Shown: in pieces, positions 32,869-44,780 of the stretch | How the letters are laid out: every line of letters starts with the position of its first letter | Numbering within the stretch: position 1 is the first letter of the stretch | Origin: Flectonema sp. DT1601 | Taxonomy: Eukaryota | DNA length: 64,000 nt | Direction: 5' to 3' | Assembly (NCBI GenBank): GCA_964019425.1 | Contig: OZ025804.1 | Location: forward strand, 930,001 to 994,000 | Notes under the pieces: generated by a model | The model's database searches: none | What the model was told of the DNA's origin: nothing | Seen by the model: the letters and a program-made list of their open reading frames with translations, nothing else | Made by a program: the position numbers and the translations under genes

Positions 32869-34430
32869 TTTGTTTTCTCGGGGGTGGTACTGGGTCTTGG
32901 GATGCTGTTGAGGGAAGTGAACGAGAGATGAAAAAGGTTTGAACAGCGCTTCACCACACACATTATCAAGAGAGAGAGAGAGAGACAAACACGGTCGGAG
33001 AGTTTCCGCATCAGGTGCTTGAGAAGATAAGAGAGAGAGGGACGGAAACGAGCGATAGTTGTTCGAGTGAACACTCACAAGTATTGTGAGCAGCAGAAGA
33101 TCAAAGAAAACAGTCGGTGTGTTTGACAGAGAGGACCTTAATACCGCACCTCATATGGATTTGGAGACTTTTTATACACCATGATATTTATAATTACGGT
33201 AAATAAAAAGCTTGAAATGATTTCATACTACTTTGAGTATCCAAGGATTCCAAAAGTTATTTCATTTTTTAGTTTTGTAGTCACACCGATAATTTATAAT
33301 AGCGATGAGTTTAAAAAAAAAAAAAAATCGAGGGTGATCAGGACGACTACACATCGACAAGAAAAATGTAAATAAGGCAGCAAATACAACTACTAAAAAT
33401 TAAAAATATAAAGCAACCAAGACCACCTAGAAATTGAAACAAAATAAAGTTATTTTACCTTCGGATATAAGGCGGTGACTAATAGAAACAAAAGCACACC
33501 GTATAAAAAGTTCTAATAAGAATAGATTGCCCGAAGTAAACGTATTTCGTACCTCTGATGAATTTCATACTTCTTTTGAACAAAGAAGACCTTCACGTGT
33601 CAACAGGAAGGTAAGGGTAAGAAGATAGGAGGAGGGGGGAGGGTTGGTTTTGTTTTTTTAAAAAAAACAAAAAAATAAAGAACCATACAAATAAAAAATA
33701 TAACCTGAAATTATGAAAAACAGAATTCACAGAAATGAAACTTGTCGTTGTTGTTTTTTTTTTATAAACCAACAAACGTCTTATGGGAATATTAATAATA
33801 TTTCACCACAGCTTCTTTCCATTGTTGATCAAAGGCATCTCCTGCTAAGCCTCGTCCCAACTTACAAAAGATGCGACATTGTCTTGCGCCCCACTGGATG
33901 TTATCAATGTTGTCCTGGGCATCTTTGTCAGAAATTCCTGCAGTTGTAGTTATTCCCTCAGGTTTAAGTAAATTCTTTCCTTCAAACACCTCATTACCTG
34001 TGGGGTGGCACTAAAATGAATAGATTGAGGGAATCATATTTTTATACAATCAACTTCATAGTAGTTCACTTTTAACAAAAAACATTAATTAAAACAACGA
34101 AACAAATATTTAAGAATCGATTCACTACTTCTCTTTTTATAACACTGCTCGAAGACAGCCCTATTATTACCAGGCAGCTGAACAGACTCAAGGACGGTGG
34201 TTTTGGTCAGGAATCTTTCTCCTATTACAGTCACACTACTAAGACTTGAAAGGTCAACAGCAGTGAGTTGCGAACACTGATACAAGAAATAATCTCCAAT
34301 AGTAGTGACACTACTAAGACCAGAAAGGTCAAGAGCAGTGAGTTTTGAACAGGAAAACAAGAAGCTACCTTCAATAGTGGTGAGATTACTAAGACCTGAA
34401 AGGTCAACAGTAGTGAGGCTTGAACAGTCA

Positions 34431-37115
34431 TATATGTACCATTTTGAGTGCTGTCATTCAGGCTTGCTAGCACGGTGAGATGACGAGGCACTGGTTCGGC
34501 CAACCTAAGTTAACCCCTTGTCCTGTGGTTCCCTTTCCGGGGTTTCCTCTGCTTTCGGTTTCATTTGTTTGGTGAAACCTAATTTTAGAAGAGATGTGCT
34601 GGTTTGCATATCATGCTTCGTCGGCTGCTTCGCCCTCCTCGTCAACGTCCTTATAATTGGCCCGTGATGCTTTTTGTTGCAGCATTTCGTGGCAGTCCGT
34701 TGTTCCGGATCCGGATTCCGCTTGCAGTCGTTGCAGGGAGCCATCTCGTGGTGACGGCATCGGTGGTGGCTGTTTCTGCAACATTGCTCAGATCCTCTGC
34801 CGATAACTATGCAGACTGCACATGGAGTAAGCTTGTGCTTGCTGCAAAAGTCCCATATCGGTATTTGTCCATCTTCATCCCCCAGAGTGTGATGGTTGTG
34901 GCAGCACTGGTAGATGGTGTTTCCGGCCCGTCGACAACTATTGCATTTTTTCTTGAAGTGTCCGTAGCACGTCGAGTTCATCGTTCCTTGTCCTTCCGCG
35001 ATGCCCGGTCTCTTGACGACCTCGGGTGGCGGGCGTGTCGGTCCTCGCTCGCAGAGCTCCCTCCTCAGCTGTACGTCTTTTTCCTTTGATGGGAAAAGTC
35101 GTGCCGCGGTTATCCATTTCTCCGCTCTCCCTTCCCTCTCGCTCGAGTGCCTGCACTCAGTCTCGAAGCCGAATCTGATTTTGTCAGCTTTTCCGTCGTT
35201 CGCCTCTTGGACCGTCCTCCGAATTGTGTCTACTGTTTCGTCTCCCATCAGAAAAGCTGGTCGTTTCTTCAAACCTTTCAGTACCGGGGCTCCTAGCGGA
35301 CGTAAGGCTTTGTTGCTTCCTACGCAGTAGTCGGGAAAGGTTCTTTGTTCCTCGCCTTCTAAATGCTTGTGAACCAAGTTCAATCTTAGCATCAGTCCAC
35401 ACATGACGTCAGCTTTCTTCCCGGCGGCTCTGTCTTTGGTGCACTTCGCTACGTGGCCTTCGTGGACTGTGGTCGGTATGTCAACCCCCGCATACGCTTC
35501 GAAGTCGATCGCTAATTCCAGGAAGGTGACTCCGACTCCGTCTGGCTGTCGAGGCCACTTCAGTTCCCTCAGGTAGCTCGCAAGCGCCAAGTACAAGGTC
35601 AATCCAAGGGCTTCGGGCCATTGGGTGTATACTGGCATGTACTTTTCCAGTTTGTTGTTGTATCGCATAACCACTTCCGGTTCCTTGTTCCCAGCGTATT
35701 CCACAACCGTCAGCCGTCTTTCCTCCAGTTGTTGGTAGTCGTCCCTGCGGAGCCTGATCCGTGCGAACATTCGTTGTAGGTCTCCGGTGAGCCCCGCCGG
35801 CAGTTCCACATTGTCGGGCTTGATGCCGAGTAGCCTCAGGCAATTGGGCCAATCGCTTCGAACTTGTAGCATCACTTGCGGGTATTCCTGTCGGATTGTG
35901 TCATAAGCTCTGCAATCCCAGTTCACGTGCTCGAGGGTCTCCGTCCTCTCTACGTCGTCAACCTCCTCGCAGTGCGCGCAGTTCTTGTTTCCCGCCTTCA
36001 TCGAGCCAGTGTACACGTTGTCCAGGAGGCAGTGCTTCACTACTCCGCGCAGGTAGGGGTCGCCCTTTCCTTCCTTCAGGACCTTCAGGGTCTCTTTCCG
36101 GTCGATGCCCGCTTCAATACCTCTCAGGTTTACCCGTCTCGTTTCCGCAATTGTTTTGTTCCAGGTGAAACGTCTGCACGCCTCTCTGACATCGTGCCGC
36201 CAGCGCCCCGCATCCAGCCTTCCGTGTTCGGTCGTCCCTCCCGGACCTTCGAAGACCGAGAAAGTTGACCATTCCCATCCAAGTTCCTTCAGAGTACTCA
36301 GGGCGAGGCCGACTGGTCCTCTCGTCGCTTCAGTGTGCTCTTGCAGGTGTTCCCATACCCTGCGTATCCTCTCAGTTAGCTTCGGTAGCATTCTGGTGAG
36401 TGCAAGGAGTCTGTTGTACCTAATGTACGTCGCGGGATCCACACAATGTCCCTTGCAGAGTAGCGTTAGGCCCATGGTGTGCGACATCTTAGTTCTTTTC
36501 CCTCCAAGTTTGCGGAAAATCCCCGTTGCCATTGCTCTTCTCAGCAGTCCGAGTCGCGTCGCATCGGGATCGTACAGTGCCGTTCCGAAGAGCGCCTTGG
36601 GCATGACACTAGCTGCAGCTATCTGTTCCTTCGCTTGATATCTGAGCGGAAGTAACCGGATTCGCCTCGCTCTATCGAGCACTTCTTCCGTGATCCTCCC
36701 AATCTGCTTGGTGGTTCCTTTCATACTGAGGTGGCATCCCACGATATCGACACTGTCATCGAAGTCCAGTGTTGTGTCCCCCATTGTGATGTTGGTCTGG
36801 CCCTGGTCTCTGTTCGAGAACCACTTGCACTTCTGAGGTGCGAGTTCTTGTCCGGTCAGGGTGCAGAACTCCGCAACGACTTCTACGCCTTCTTGTAGCT
36901 TCGTTCGTGATCCAAACAACGTCAGGTCGTCCGCATACGATCCGGGCGTCACATCGGCTTCCCTCTCGATTGCTTTGCTGAGTATCGAGCTCAGCGCATT
37001 GAAGAGCACCACGCTGAGCGGACATCCTTGCAGTATTCCGTTGGTGGTGGCAAATTCTTCTCCGACGCCGCTCGGGAACTTGAATCTCCTTCTGAGTCGC
37101 CGGTAGACATCCGTC
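34431..37115 (-). mobile_element. 5'-truncated non-LTR retrotransposon of a second family, 2685 bp, 20-bp TSD, no poly(A)
   Basis: TSD tagtgaggcttgaacagtca at 34411-34430 and 37116-37135. GC-richer than the host. Frame open from the junction with NGILQGCPLS, SYADD and CAHC...HVNWDC. Confidence 0.92.
34505..37114 (-). CDS. Truncated RT ORF: C-terminal half of RT, CCHC knuckle, unknown domain, three Cys/His repeats
   Basis: ORF-track 835 aa plus 34 in-frame upstream codons (TDVYRRLRRRFKFPSGVGEEFATTNGILQGCPLS). Confidence 0.85.
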   Translation of the reverse strand, partial: TDVYRRLRRRFKFPSGVGEEFATTNGILQGCPLSVVLFNALSSILSKAIEREADVTPGSYADDLTLFGSRTKLQEGVEVVAEFCTLTGQELAPQKCKWFSNRDQGQTNITMGDTTLDFDDSVDIVGCHLSMKGTTKQIGRITEEVLDRARRIRLLPLRYQAKEQIAAASVMPKALFGTALYDPDATRLGLLRRAMATGIFRKLGGKRTKMSHTMGLTLLCKGHCVDPATYIRYNRLLALTRMLPKLTERIRRVWEHLQEHTEATRGPVGLALSTLKELGWEWSTFSVFEGPGGTTEHGRLDAGRWRHDVREACRRFTWNKTIAETRRVNLRGIEAGIDRKETLKVLKEGKGDPYLRGVVKHCLLDNVYTGSMKAGNKNCAHCEEVDDVERTETLEHVNWDCRAYDTIRQEYPQVMLQVRSDWPNCLRLLGIKPDNVELPAGLTGDLQRMFARIRLRRDDYQQLEERRLTVVEYAGNKEPEVVMRYNNKLEKYMPVYTQWPEALGLTLYLALASYLRELKWPRQPDGVGVTFLELAIDFEAYAGVDIPTTVHEGHVAKCTKDRAAGKKADVMCGLMLRLNLVHKHLEGEEQRTFPDYCVGSNKALRPLGAPVLKGLKKRPAFLMGDETVDTIRRTVQEANDGKADKIRFGFETECRHSSEREGRAEKWITAARLFPSKEKDVQLRRELCERGPTRPPPEVVKRPGIAEGQGTMNSTCYGHFKKKCNSCRRAGNTIYQCCHNHHTLGDEDGQIPIWDFCSKHKLTPCAVCIVIGRGSEQCCRNSHHRCRHHEMAPCNDCKRNPDPEQRTATKCCNKKHHGPIIRTLTRRAKQPTKHDMQTSTSLLKLGFTKQMKPKAEETPEREPQDKGLT

Positions 37116-38781
37116 TAGTGAGGCTTGAACAGTCACACAAGAAATAAAAACCAAAAGTGGTGACACTACTAAGACTTGAAAGGTCAACAGCAGCGAGTTG
37201 TGAACAACGATACATGAAATTATTTCCAATAGTTTTGAGACTGCTAAGACCAGAAACGTCAACAGTAGTTAGGCGTGGACAGGAATGCAAGAAACGTTCT
37301 CCAATAATTGTGACACTACTAAGACCTGAAAGGTCAACAGCAGTGAGTTGCGGACAGGAATACAAGAAATTACTTCCAATAGTTCCGAGAGTGCTAAGAC
37401 CTGAAAGGTCAAGAGAAGTGAGGCGCGGACAGGAATACAAGAATTGTTCTCCAATAATTGTGACACTACTAAGACCTGAAAGGTCAACAGAAGTGAGTTG
37501 TGAATAAAACAAGAAATAATCTCCAATAGCTGTGACACTACTAAGATTTGAAAGATCAAGAGAAGTGATTGAACATCCCCGCATGAAATATGGTGAGATG
37601 ATTGTGATGTCGGAATTTGAATTGCGGAAAGAAATCCGTTCGGCGACAGAAGGCAGTATATCATTACTAACACTGAGGCAACCATCTTCTGAGAATGTAG
37701 GGGTGTCTAGGTTTAAGTATTCCTCATTGTGGTTTCCAAGCCATTGAAGCAGCTTCTCCCGCTTCGATTCATCAACAAACCAGCATTTACCAAATAACTG
37801 AAACAACTTCTTCCGCATTTCCATCTCGCTGTCTGCACCCAATCCATGATCTGCCAGACGCTCAGTTTCGTCAAGGGTGTCACCAGCGAACGAGAGTTCA
37901 ACTTCCTCCGGATCGACATCCCACTCAACAGCCGCCCCCTTCAACACGTCGCTCACAAGGGAATCAACACCAACTGTGACTGACACAGCAGCGAGTTCCA
38001 ATTCAGGGAATGTCACAAAAACCTGCATTGTTTTGAGTGATCTGCTGAAAGACAAGAAAGGATGTTAAATGCCATGCAGTAACAACAATTCACACATTCT
38101 ATCAAGAGAGAGAGAGAGACAAACACGGTCGGAGAGTTTCCGCATCAGGTGCTTGAGAAGATAAGAGAGAGAGGGAGGGAAACGAGCGATAGTTGTTCGA
38201 GTGAACACTCACAAGTATTGTGAGCAGCAGAAGATCAAAGAAAACAGTCGGTGTGTTTGACAGAGAGGACAACGGACTAAATACAAAAACAGTGGTGCTC
38301 ACCTCACCTCACCGAGGAATCAATCAATGATCCCCTCGTCTCACCAACCGACTACAAATAGTGGAAGCTGTCAACATCACTCAATTTGAACTAATATCTC
38401 AATTTCAGAATAAAAAGAAATGTGATTTTTTTGGAAGCAAATCCGAATAAATAAATTCAAAATGAAGAAAAAAAAACAAGAAATCTTTTTTATTACCCGA
38501 AAAGCAGGCAATCGATTGCACTGCACAGGCTGTTACGGGAAACTCAACATTCCGAGTCCGTCAGTTGAATAGAATTAATTTTGAACAACAATGAAATCAG
38601 ACGGATGTCTGTACTGTTGTTGAATGCTGGTAGTGGGTGTCAGCAGGCAGATCTGTTCGGTGTTTCTTCGATTGATTTTGGTGCTTAAATGAAAAATAAA
38701 AAACCTGTTTTCCCAGAATCGATGGTTAAAAGAAGAGGTCAGCTTACTTCATCATTCGAAATCCCCTTCTCATTTCACATT

Positions 38782-38943
38782 TTAACGGTAGTTCTTGCCG
38801 CACTCTCCGCAGTTCGCGGCGTTGCCAGACGGGGTCGGGTTCCCGCTTCCCACGTTTCTCTTACACCCCGAACACATCGCCGTGCCACAGTTCTTGCAGC
38901 TGATGGTCGAGCTGGTTCCACATCCTGATGCCCACTTGCACAT
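38782..38943 (-). CDS. 53-aa 8-Cys microprotein, copy 2
   Basis: Same ORF as copy 1, with K at residue 3. Confidence 0.6.
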   Translation of the reverse strand: MCKWASGCGTSSTISCKNCGTAMCSGCKRNVGSGNPTPSGNAANCGECGKNYR

Positions 38944-41119
38944 TTTGTTTTCTCGGGGGTGGTACTGGGTCTTGGGATGCTGTTGAGGGAAGTGAACGAG
39001 AGATGAAAAAGGTTTGAACAGCGCTTCACCACACACATTATCAAGAGAGAGAAAGAGACAAACACGGTCGGAGAGTTTCCGCATCAGGTGCTTGAGAAGA
39101 TAAGGAGAGAAATATGTTCGTCTTCTTTTCTCATTTTAATTCCACATAAATCAGTCTCTACGGATTCTTTTTGAAATATGTGAGATAGCTCATTGTTTAC
39201 ATTTATCATCCGACTGACTGAATATCAATATTAATATTTAAAAGACCAAAACATTCCATGAAGCGAGAAGAACGTGACAAGACCCCCTCCGGAAGAACCA
39301 AAGAGATCTAACGTAAATAGGAACTAATGGAAACTCTCAATAGTCTTCTTCTAATTAATATAAAAAGTGTAAATTAAAACATCTTCCCTGAAGTATAAGT
39401 AAACACCTCAGATGTCGTAAGAGACTTTATATTATAATTAAATGTTTCTAACCCAGTTGCATGCACACATCTAATTTTCAGCTGTTGTATAGAATGTGGA
39501 GGGGTTAGTTGTTCTATTTTGTACGTAAAATACAAATGTATTGTATCATAAATAACATAACGACAATTTAACATTAGTTCTGAGAAACAGTGACTAAAGG
39601 TAATGTTAGTGTAGGTATACATTCTGCAATTAACGTAAATACTGTATAGACTGTGTGGGGGTAATTTGATATTGCATTAGTAAGCTCAAAGGAACAACAA
39701 TTTCTTAGATAAATAAATCAAGGTGTGGGGGGACTTGGATAAATAAGTCAAGGCTAACACACAACAAAGAGACTAGACATGAATCATCATAACTGGACTC
39801 TGTCCACACAAAATCGCATGCTTCAAATAAACTACCAGAGAAGGAAATGCTGTCAAGTCAAATTGACCTCGGGACCACGCACGAGCATCTCATGCCCTGC
39901 AGGTCGTTACAGCTTGAAAACATAAATGTTTTCAAATGAATCAATTTGTGGGGGGACTTGGATAAATCAAGGTGTGGGGGTGTGGAGATGGGAAGTAATA
40001 AATAAAATATCTTTTCTTTTCTTTGACAGTCGGTTTTGCGGACCTCTGAATTCAGGTTGCGGAATGTTCACGCATTCCCTCTTCGACAAAACCCCCACAG
40101 AAACACAAGTGTTCCCATGAAGGCTTTAATGCACACGTTTCTTTCATCACCTGAGCAGACCAGAGCCACTAGTAAACCCAAACGAGTGCACGTTGTAGTG
40201 TAGAGTTAGTATTAACTCAGTTAGTTAGAGGGATAGAATGAAAAGAAATACTTTCCATTCTGAGAGTTTCTCCATGCTTTTTAGAACGGATAATAAAAAA
40301 AGAATCGGCACTTCACTAAATAATTTTCGCACTTTGTTTTTGTTTGTGTGCAACCGGAAACAAGCCTATAAAGTAAAAGGTGTGTTTACTTCAACGTTGC
40401 CACAATTTTCTTTCGCTCGTAAAATATGTCTTCGAGATGAAAAAAAAAAAAAAAAAAAAAAAAAAATTGGCTTTATCTTCAACTATACAGAAAATAGTAA
40501 TATAACACTGTAATTTTTTGTTTGCGCACGAAACCGCGAACCGACTTAAACTGATAAAGCTAAAGGAGGTTTACGTGTGCTGCCCAACATTTTTTTTCGT
40601 TCTTACAATACTTGTTAAATGCAAAAAAATAAACCATCACCGATAATATTATTAATCAGGTACTACTTGACTGAAAAACAAGAATATTCGCCATTCAACG
40701 AATGTCAACGGTGGGTAAACACTCCGAAGTTGAAGTAAAGACTTCACATTATAATTAATGTTTCTAACTTCGCTGCATACACAAGAAGGGGGGAGAGAAT
40801 GGAACAAGAAATATGTCTAAATTCCAAAGCGGGAAAACTAAAGCAGGGGAAGGGAAGGTCGTTCGATTAAAATGAAAAGTAATTTTTTTTTTTTTTTTTT
40901 TTGTGTTATTTTCACTCAATACATATCCTTTGATACACTTTTTCACAATTGTTGAAGAAATAAAGTTTTGAAAAAAAAAAAAAAAGAATCGGCCGAACCA
41001 AGTGATGATCATCGTTCCACCGAACAACGGGTTGCAAATGCAAGTCTTTTGGTTGTTTGTTATAACTTCGGTACAACCTTGACATCTGAGTTTCTGAGTT
41101 GGGATTTTTATTAAAAATA

Positions 41120-41602
41120 TTACTCACCAGCCCTGGGATTCTTTTTGGTGTTAGATCCATCCTCAGCCACCTTTTTAACACTTACCGCATCAATGTTGGG
41201 TCTACCGTTTGTTATTCCTTTCTTGGAAAAAATCCTTTTAGCGGCCGCTTGTAGTTTTACATGTGCAGTCCAAAAGGGAGCAAATGGCCCAAAGTATTTC
41301 TTGAAGTTAAGACCGTCAACACCAAATGTTACTTTGGTACCTTTAGCAAGATTGTTTTGAAGTTCCATAAGCCAGCTATTTTGTTTGTCATTACCACATG
41401 AATGTCACGGAGAAACTGAATCTGCTGTGTTTTCCTTAATTTCACTTTTTCGAAGATTCGTAGTTACTTCATCGTTTTCCTGAAGCTTACATGATACACT
41501 GAATGTATTTTCCGCACTAATTCTGTAGAATACATCAGCTGAAGAAGCCTGCCTTCCATTGATAACAGATTGGTGGTCGTGACTTCCAGTTCGTAGCTCA
41601 TC
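41120..41602 (-). pseudogene. Orphan alternative C-terminal (REase-fold) module of the Crinkler-like gene, frameshifted
   Basis: INGRQASSADVFYRISAENTFSVSCKL ... GVDGLNFKKYFGPFAPFWTAH, with frameshifts. Confidence 0.75.
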
Positions 41603-41818
41603 TACCAGCGGAGCAAACTTCTTACACTTCTTTACAACAGAATGTTGATTACTATAACTTTGAAGGTTAGTTGTTCTTGAAGCTCCTTATTAGATGCAAG
41701 TCTTTTGATTGTTTGTTTTAACTTCGGTACAGCGTTGACATCTGGATTTCTGAGTTGGGATTTTTATTAAAAATATTACCTACCAACCCTGGGTTTCTTT
41801 TTGGTGTTAGTTTTATTG

Positions 41819-44040
41819 TCAGTCTGATTCGCTGTTAGTGTCTGGGTTCATATGTGCAGTCCAAAAGGGAGCAAACGGCCCGAAGTATTTCTTGAAGTTA
41901 ATACCGTCGACAACACCAAATGTTACATTGGTACATTCTGGAGGAAGACAGCATTGAAGTACATGTTTCCACCCTTCTGTGACAACTTTGTTTGTCATTA
42001 TCACATGAATGTCACCACTAGAAACTGAATTCAGTGTGTTCTTCTCAAGTTTTTTTTCATTAAGTGTCAAAACGTTTCCCTCCTTTTCCTGAAGCTTACA
42101 TGATACACTGAATGTATTTTCCTCACTAATTCTGTAGAATAGATCAGCTGACGAAGCACCCTTTGCATTGAGAACACATTCGTTGGTAATCCTAACCTTT
42201 CCGTCGTTAATGGTCCATTTCCCGGCACACTCATTTATCTTCGCAGCCTTCCACTCACTCGCTGAGCTGATCTGATGCGTACTCTGGGCTACATATAGGG
42301 CTCGGTTGAAGAATTTTAAATCTTCAATATCACTATCCCAGTCAATCCCAAAGTGTATGTCTCCGAGAGGCATTTCATCTTGTGACAGTACTTCTGAGCG
42401 GATCGAGAGAAATTGTGACACAAATACCTCAAAATCTTGCGCATTCATGGATGGTGCACAGTCCCAATTTCGAAGAATGGTGGAACCAAGACTTTTTTGA
42501 ATAGCAAGCCACAATGGAGCAATCTCTAAAAAGTTCTCAAGAACACCCTCAGAATCCTTCCTACGAGAAACAGTCATAAACCCAGAGGCCATTGTTGGAT
42601 CGAGATCGGATATTTCTTCTTTTGTCAAAGCCTTGAAGCACTTTCCCAACAGAATCCGGAACTTAGGATCCGGTGTTTTCATGCCATACCTAGCAGCAAG
42701 GCTGAACTTAGTCAGGTCACACAAATCCTTAAAGGAACACCTGGATTCCTTGATGTTAGCAATTGCTTCCATGGCACGTGGATGCCCAAGTGTTAAAGAC
42801 ATCGCTCTATCTGCATGTTGCTGGATCCCACGAGGCATTTTAGTTAGTCGTGGTGGATGCATCAAAACCCCATTAAATGTAGTTAGCGAGTCCTTCATTG
42901 CTTCGCGAACTGCGTGTGAAACTGTTGCACTTACCACAGGAAACAGTTTATAATCTTTACTCCGCATTGCACTTGAAAGGGTGTCGAGAAGAGTCTTCAT
43001 GTTGCTCTCCTGATACGAACCTTCCTCGAGATCGATGTTGTGAACACCATCGACAAGCAGCAGAATAAGAGAATCTTTCTTTGCAGTGTTGCAGATTGCT
43101 TCCGCAACGTTTTCTACTTCTATGCCACGCCAATCCTTCATAAATTCATCAAAATTTCCCACCTGGCCCTTCAGCTGCCACATCATTCGCACTGCAATTG
43201 AACTTGCATCCTTCACACTATCATTTTCAAGGGAAACATTCACTACAATCAACCAGTCTTTGACATTCGGAAACCATTTCTTGAATAATCTGGGCACTTC
43301 TGTCAATGTGCGACTCTTTCCAGTGCCCATCCCACTTGCAAAGATTGGAAGAGAACACCCCCCGGATTTGTAAAAACTTTCAAAAGAGTTATGAAGCTTC
43401 AACATATCGACTTCGTCACATTGGAAATCCCACCCTGCGCCAGTGTCATTGGATGTAAGGAGGGGATACCTATCCCTGTTCAGATCATCTTCTGTAAGCA
43501 CTATTTTAGATTGTCCCTGTGTTGGTTAAGTGTGAACAGCAAATATGAGAACAAAGGATTCTCACAGATCAAATTCTGATGATGTTAAAAAAGGTCAACA
43601 ATTCAGAAATAGTACGAAATTCTGATGGCAGATCAAATTCCGGTGATGTTACTTTTGAGTTTGTTAACGCAATCACCTCACCTCACGTGAGATTTATTAT
43701 TTAGGGAAAATAATCATTTGTTTTAACCCTGTCAGTCACCAACACAGAAACTTCTAAATTTCTATTTCCTGAGTTTCTAAATAGCAAAGCGGAAAGTAAA
43801 GGATATTTAAAAAGGCGAATCTACTGTTCAACGCAGTCTGGTGAGTTGGATTTCACATCACTCTAAACCATAACAGTAACTTTAGGGATGTCAGTGGCCA
43901 ATACAACAAAAAAGGTCGGACTCGTCAAGACAGGGCTACACCGAAATGTGTTAAAAAAAATGTAAAAAGCATACTTCAGGTTCTATGCGTGTATTCTTCA
44001 TATTCCTCTCTATATTGTTAAACTCCTCTGAATTACTCAT
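41819..44040 (-). CDS. Crinkler-like P-loop NTPase + restriction-endonuclease-fold protein, copy A (exons 44040-43975, 43516-41819)
   Basis: Walker A SGMGTGKS, Walker B LLLVDGVH, GHPRAME, FEVFV...NAKGASSAD...SCK. ATG exon with GTATG donor joins in frame to a CAG acceptor. Confidence 0.78.
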
Positions 44041-44633
44041 GTTTTTGTGTTTTGGTTTATGCTGCAAGAAGAAGTATCAGATGCAATAATAATATTCATC
44101 ACTCTCTACTACTCAACTACCTCTAAAAGAGTTGTATCGAATCCTAAATACCAATAGTATTAACTTATCGAGTTCTCCATCTTTATCAGGTCTCTTGAAG
44201 GATATCAACATCGTCGTCTCTCTTGGAGCCTTTATTTTCTATTTATAATTAATCAAACAACAATAAGCGCTACAACTTTGTTTTCACAATTCTACAGCAC
44301 AATTTCCATGTGCCATAATGATAGACCTGTCATGTGAAGAATATTTGTAAATACTTCCAAACCTTGTCAGGCAAAACAACTTAAGAAGCAGACGGTAGTA
44401 AGAATCTAAAATTCAAGAGGTTGATCATTACTGTATTTATAAATAACATCGAGTATAACAATTCTCCCAAATCTCCAAAAAAAAAAAAGAGAAATCCTCC
44501 GTTTCAGTTCTCACCCGGCACTAAAACATAAAACCAGAGAAGGAAACTAATATTTTACCTTTATACGAAGTCTCCAAATCTCCTAAAAATGGCGTATCAG
44601 TATTCTCATACTTACAATGGTTTATTAACTTGC

Positions 44634-44780
44634 TTAGTTGGAACTGTTTTCAACGTCTTTGCCAGACGGGGTCGGGTTCCCGCTTCCCACGTTTCTCTTA
44701 CACCCCGAACACATCGCCGTGCCACAGTTCTTGCAGCTGATGGTCGAGCTGGTTCCACATCCTGATGCCCACTTGCACAT
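44634..44780 (-). CDS. Microprotein variant lacking the last CxxC (48 aa, ends KDVENSSN)
   Basis: Identical to the full form to residue 40, then a cassette junction. Confidence 0.4.
   Translation of the reverse strand: MCKWASGCGTSSTISCKNCGTAMCSGCKRNVGSGNPTPSGKDVENSSN

Larger units (their letters stand above)
34085..38028 (-). pseudogene. Ubiquitin-like + LRR gene, copy A, disrupted by LINE insertion
   Basis: 38028-37116 and 34430-34085 match the intact copy at 45987-47375. Confidence 0.92.

Noticed and set aside
36991..38055. 354-aa ORF as an intact gene
   Set aside because: It is the 5' part of the Ubl-LRR gene reading out of frame into the LINE insertion.
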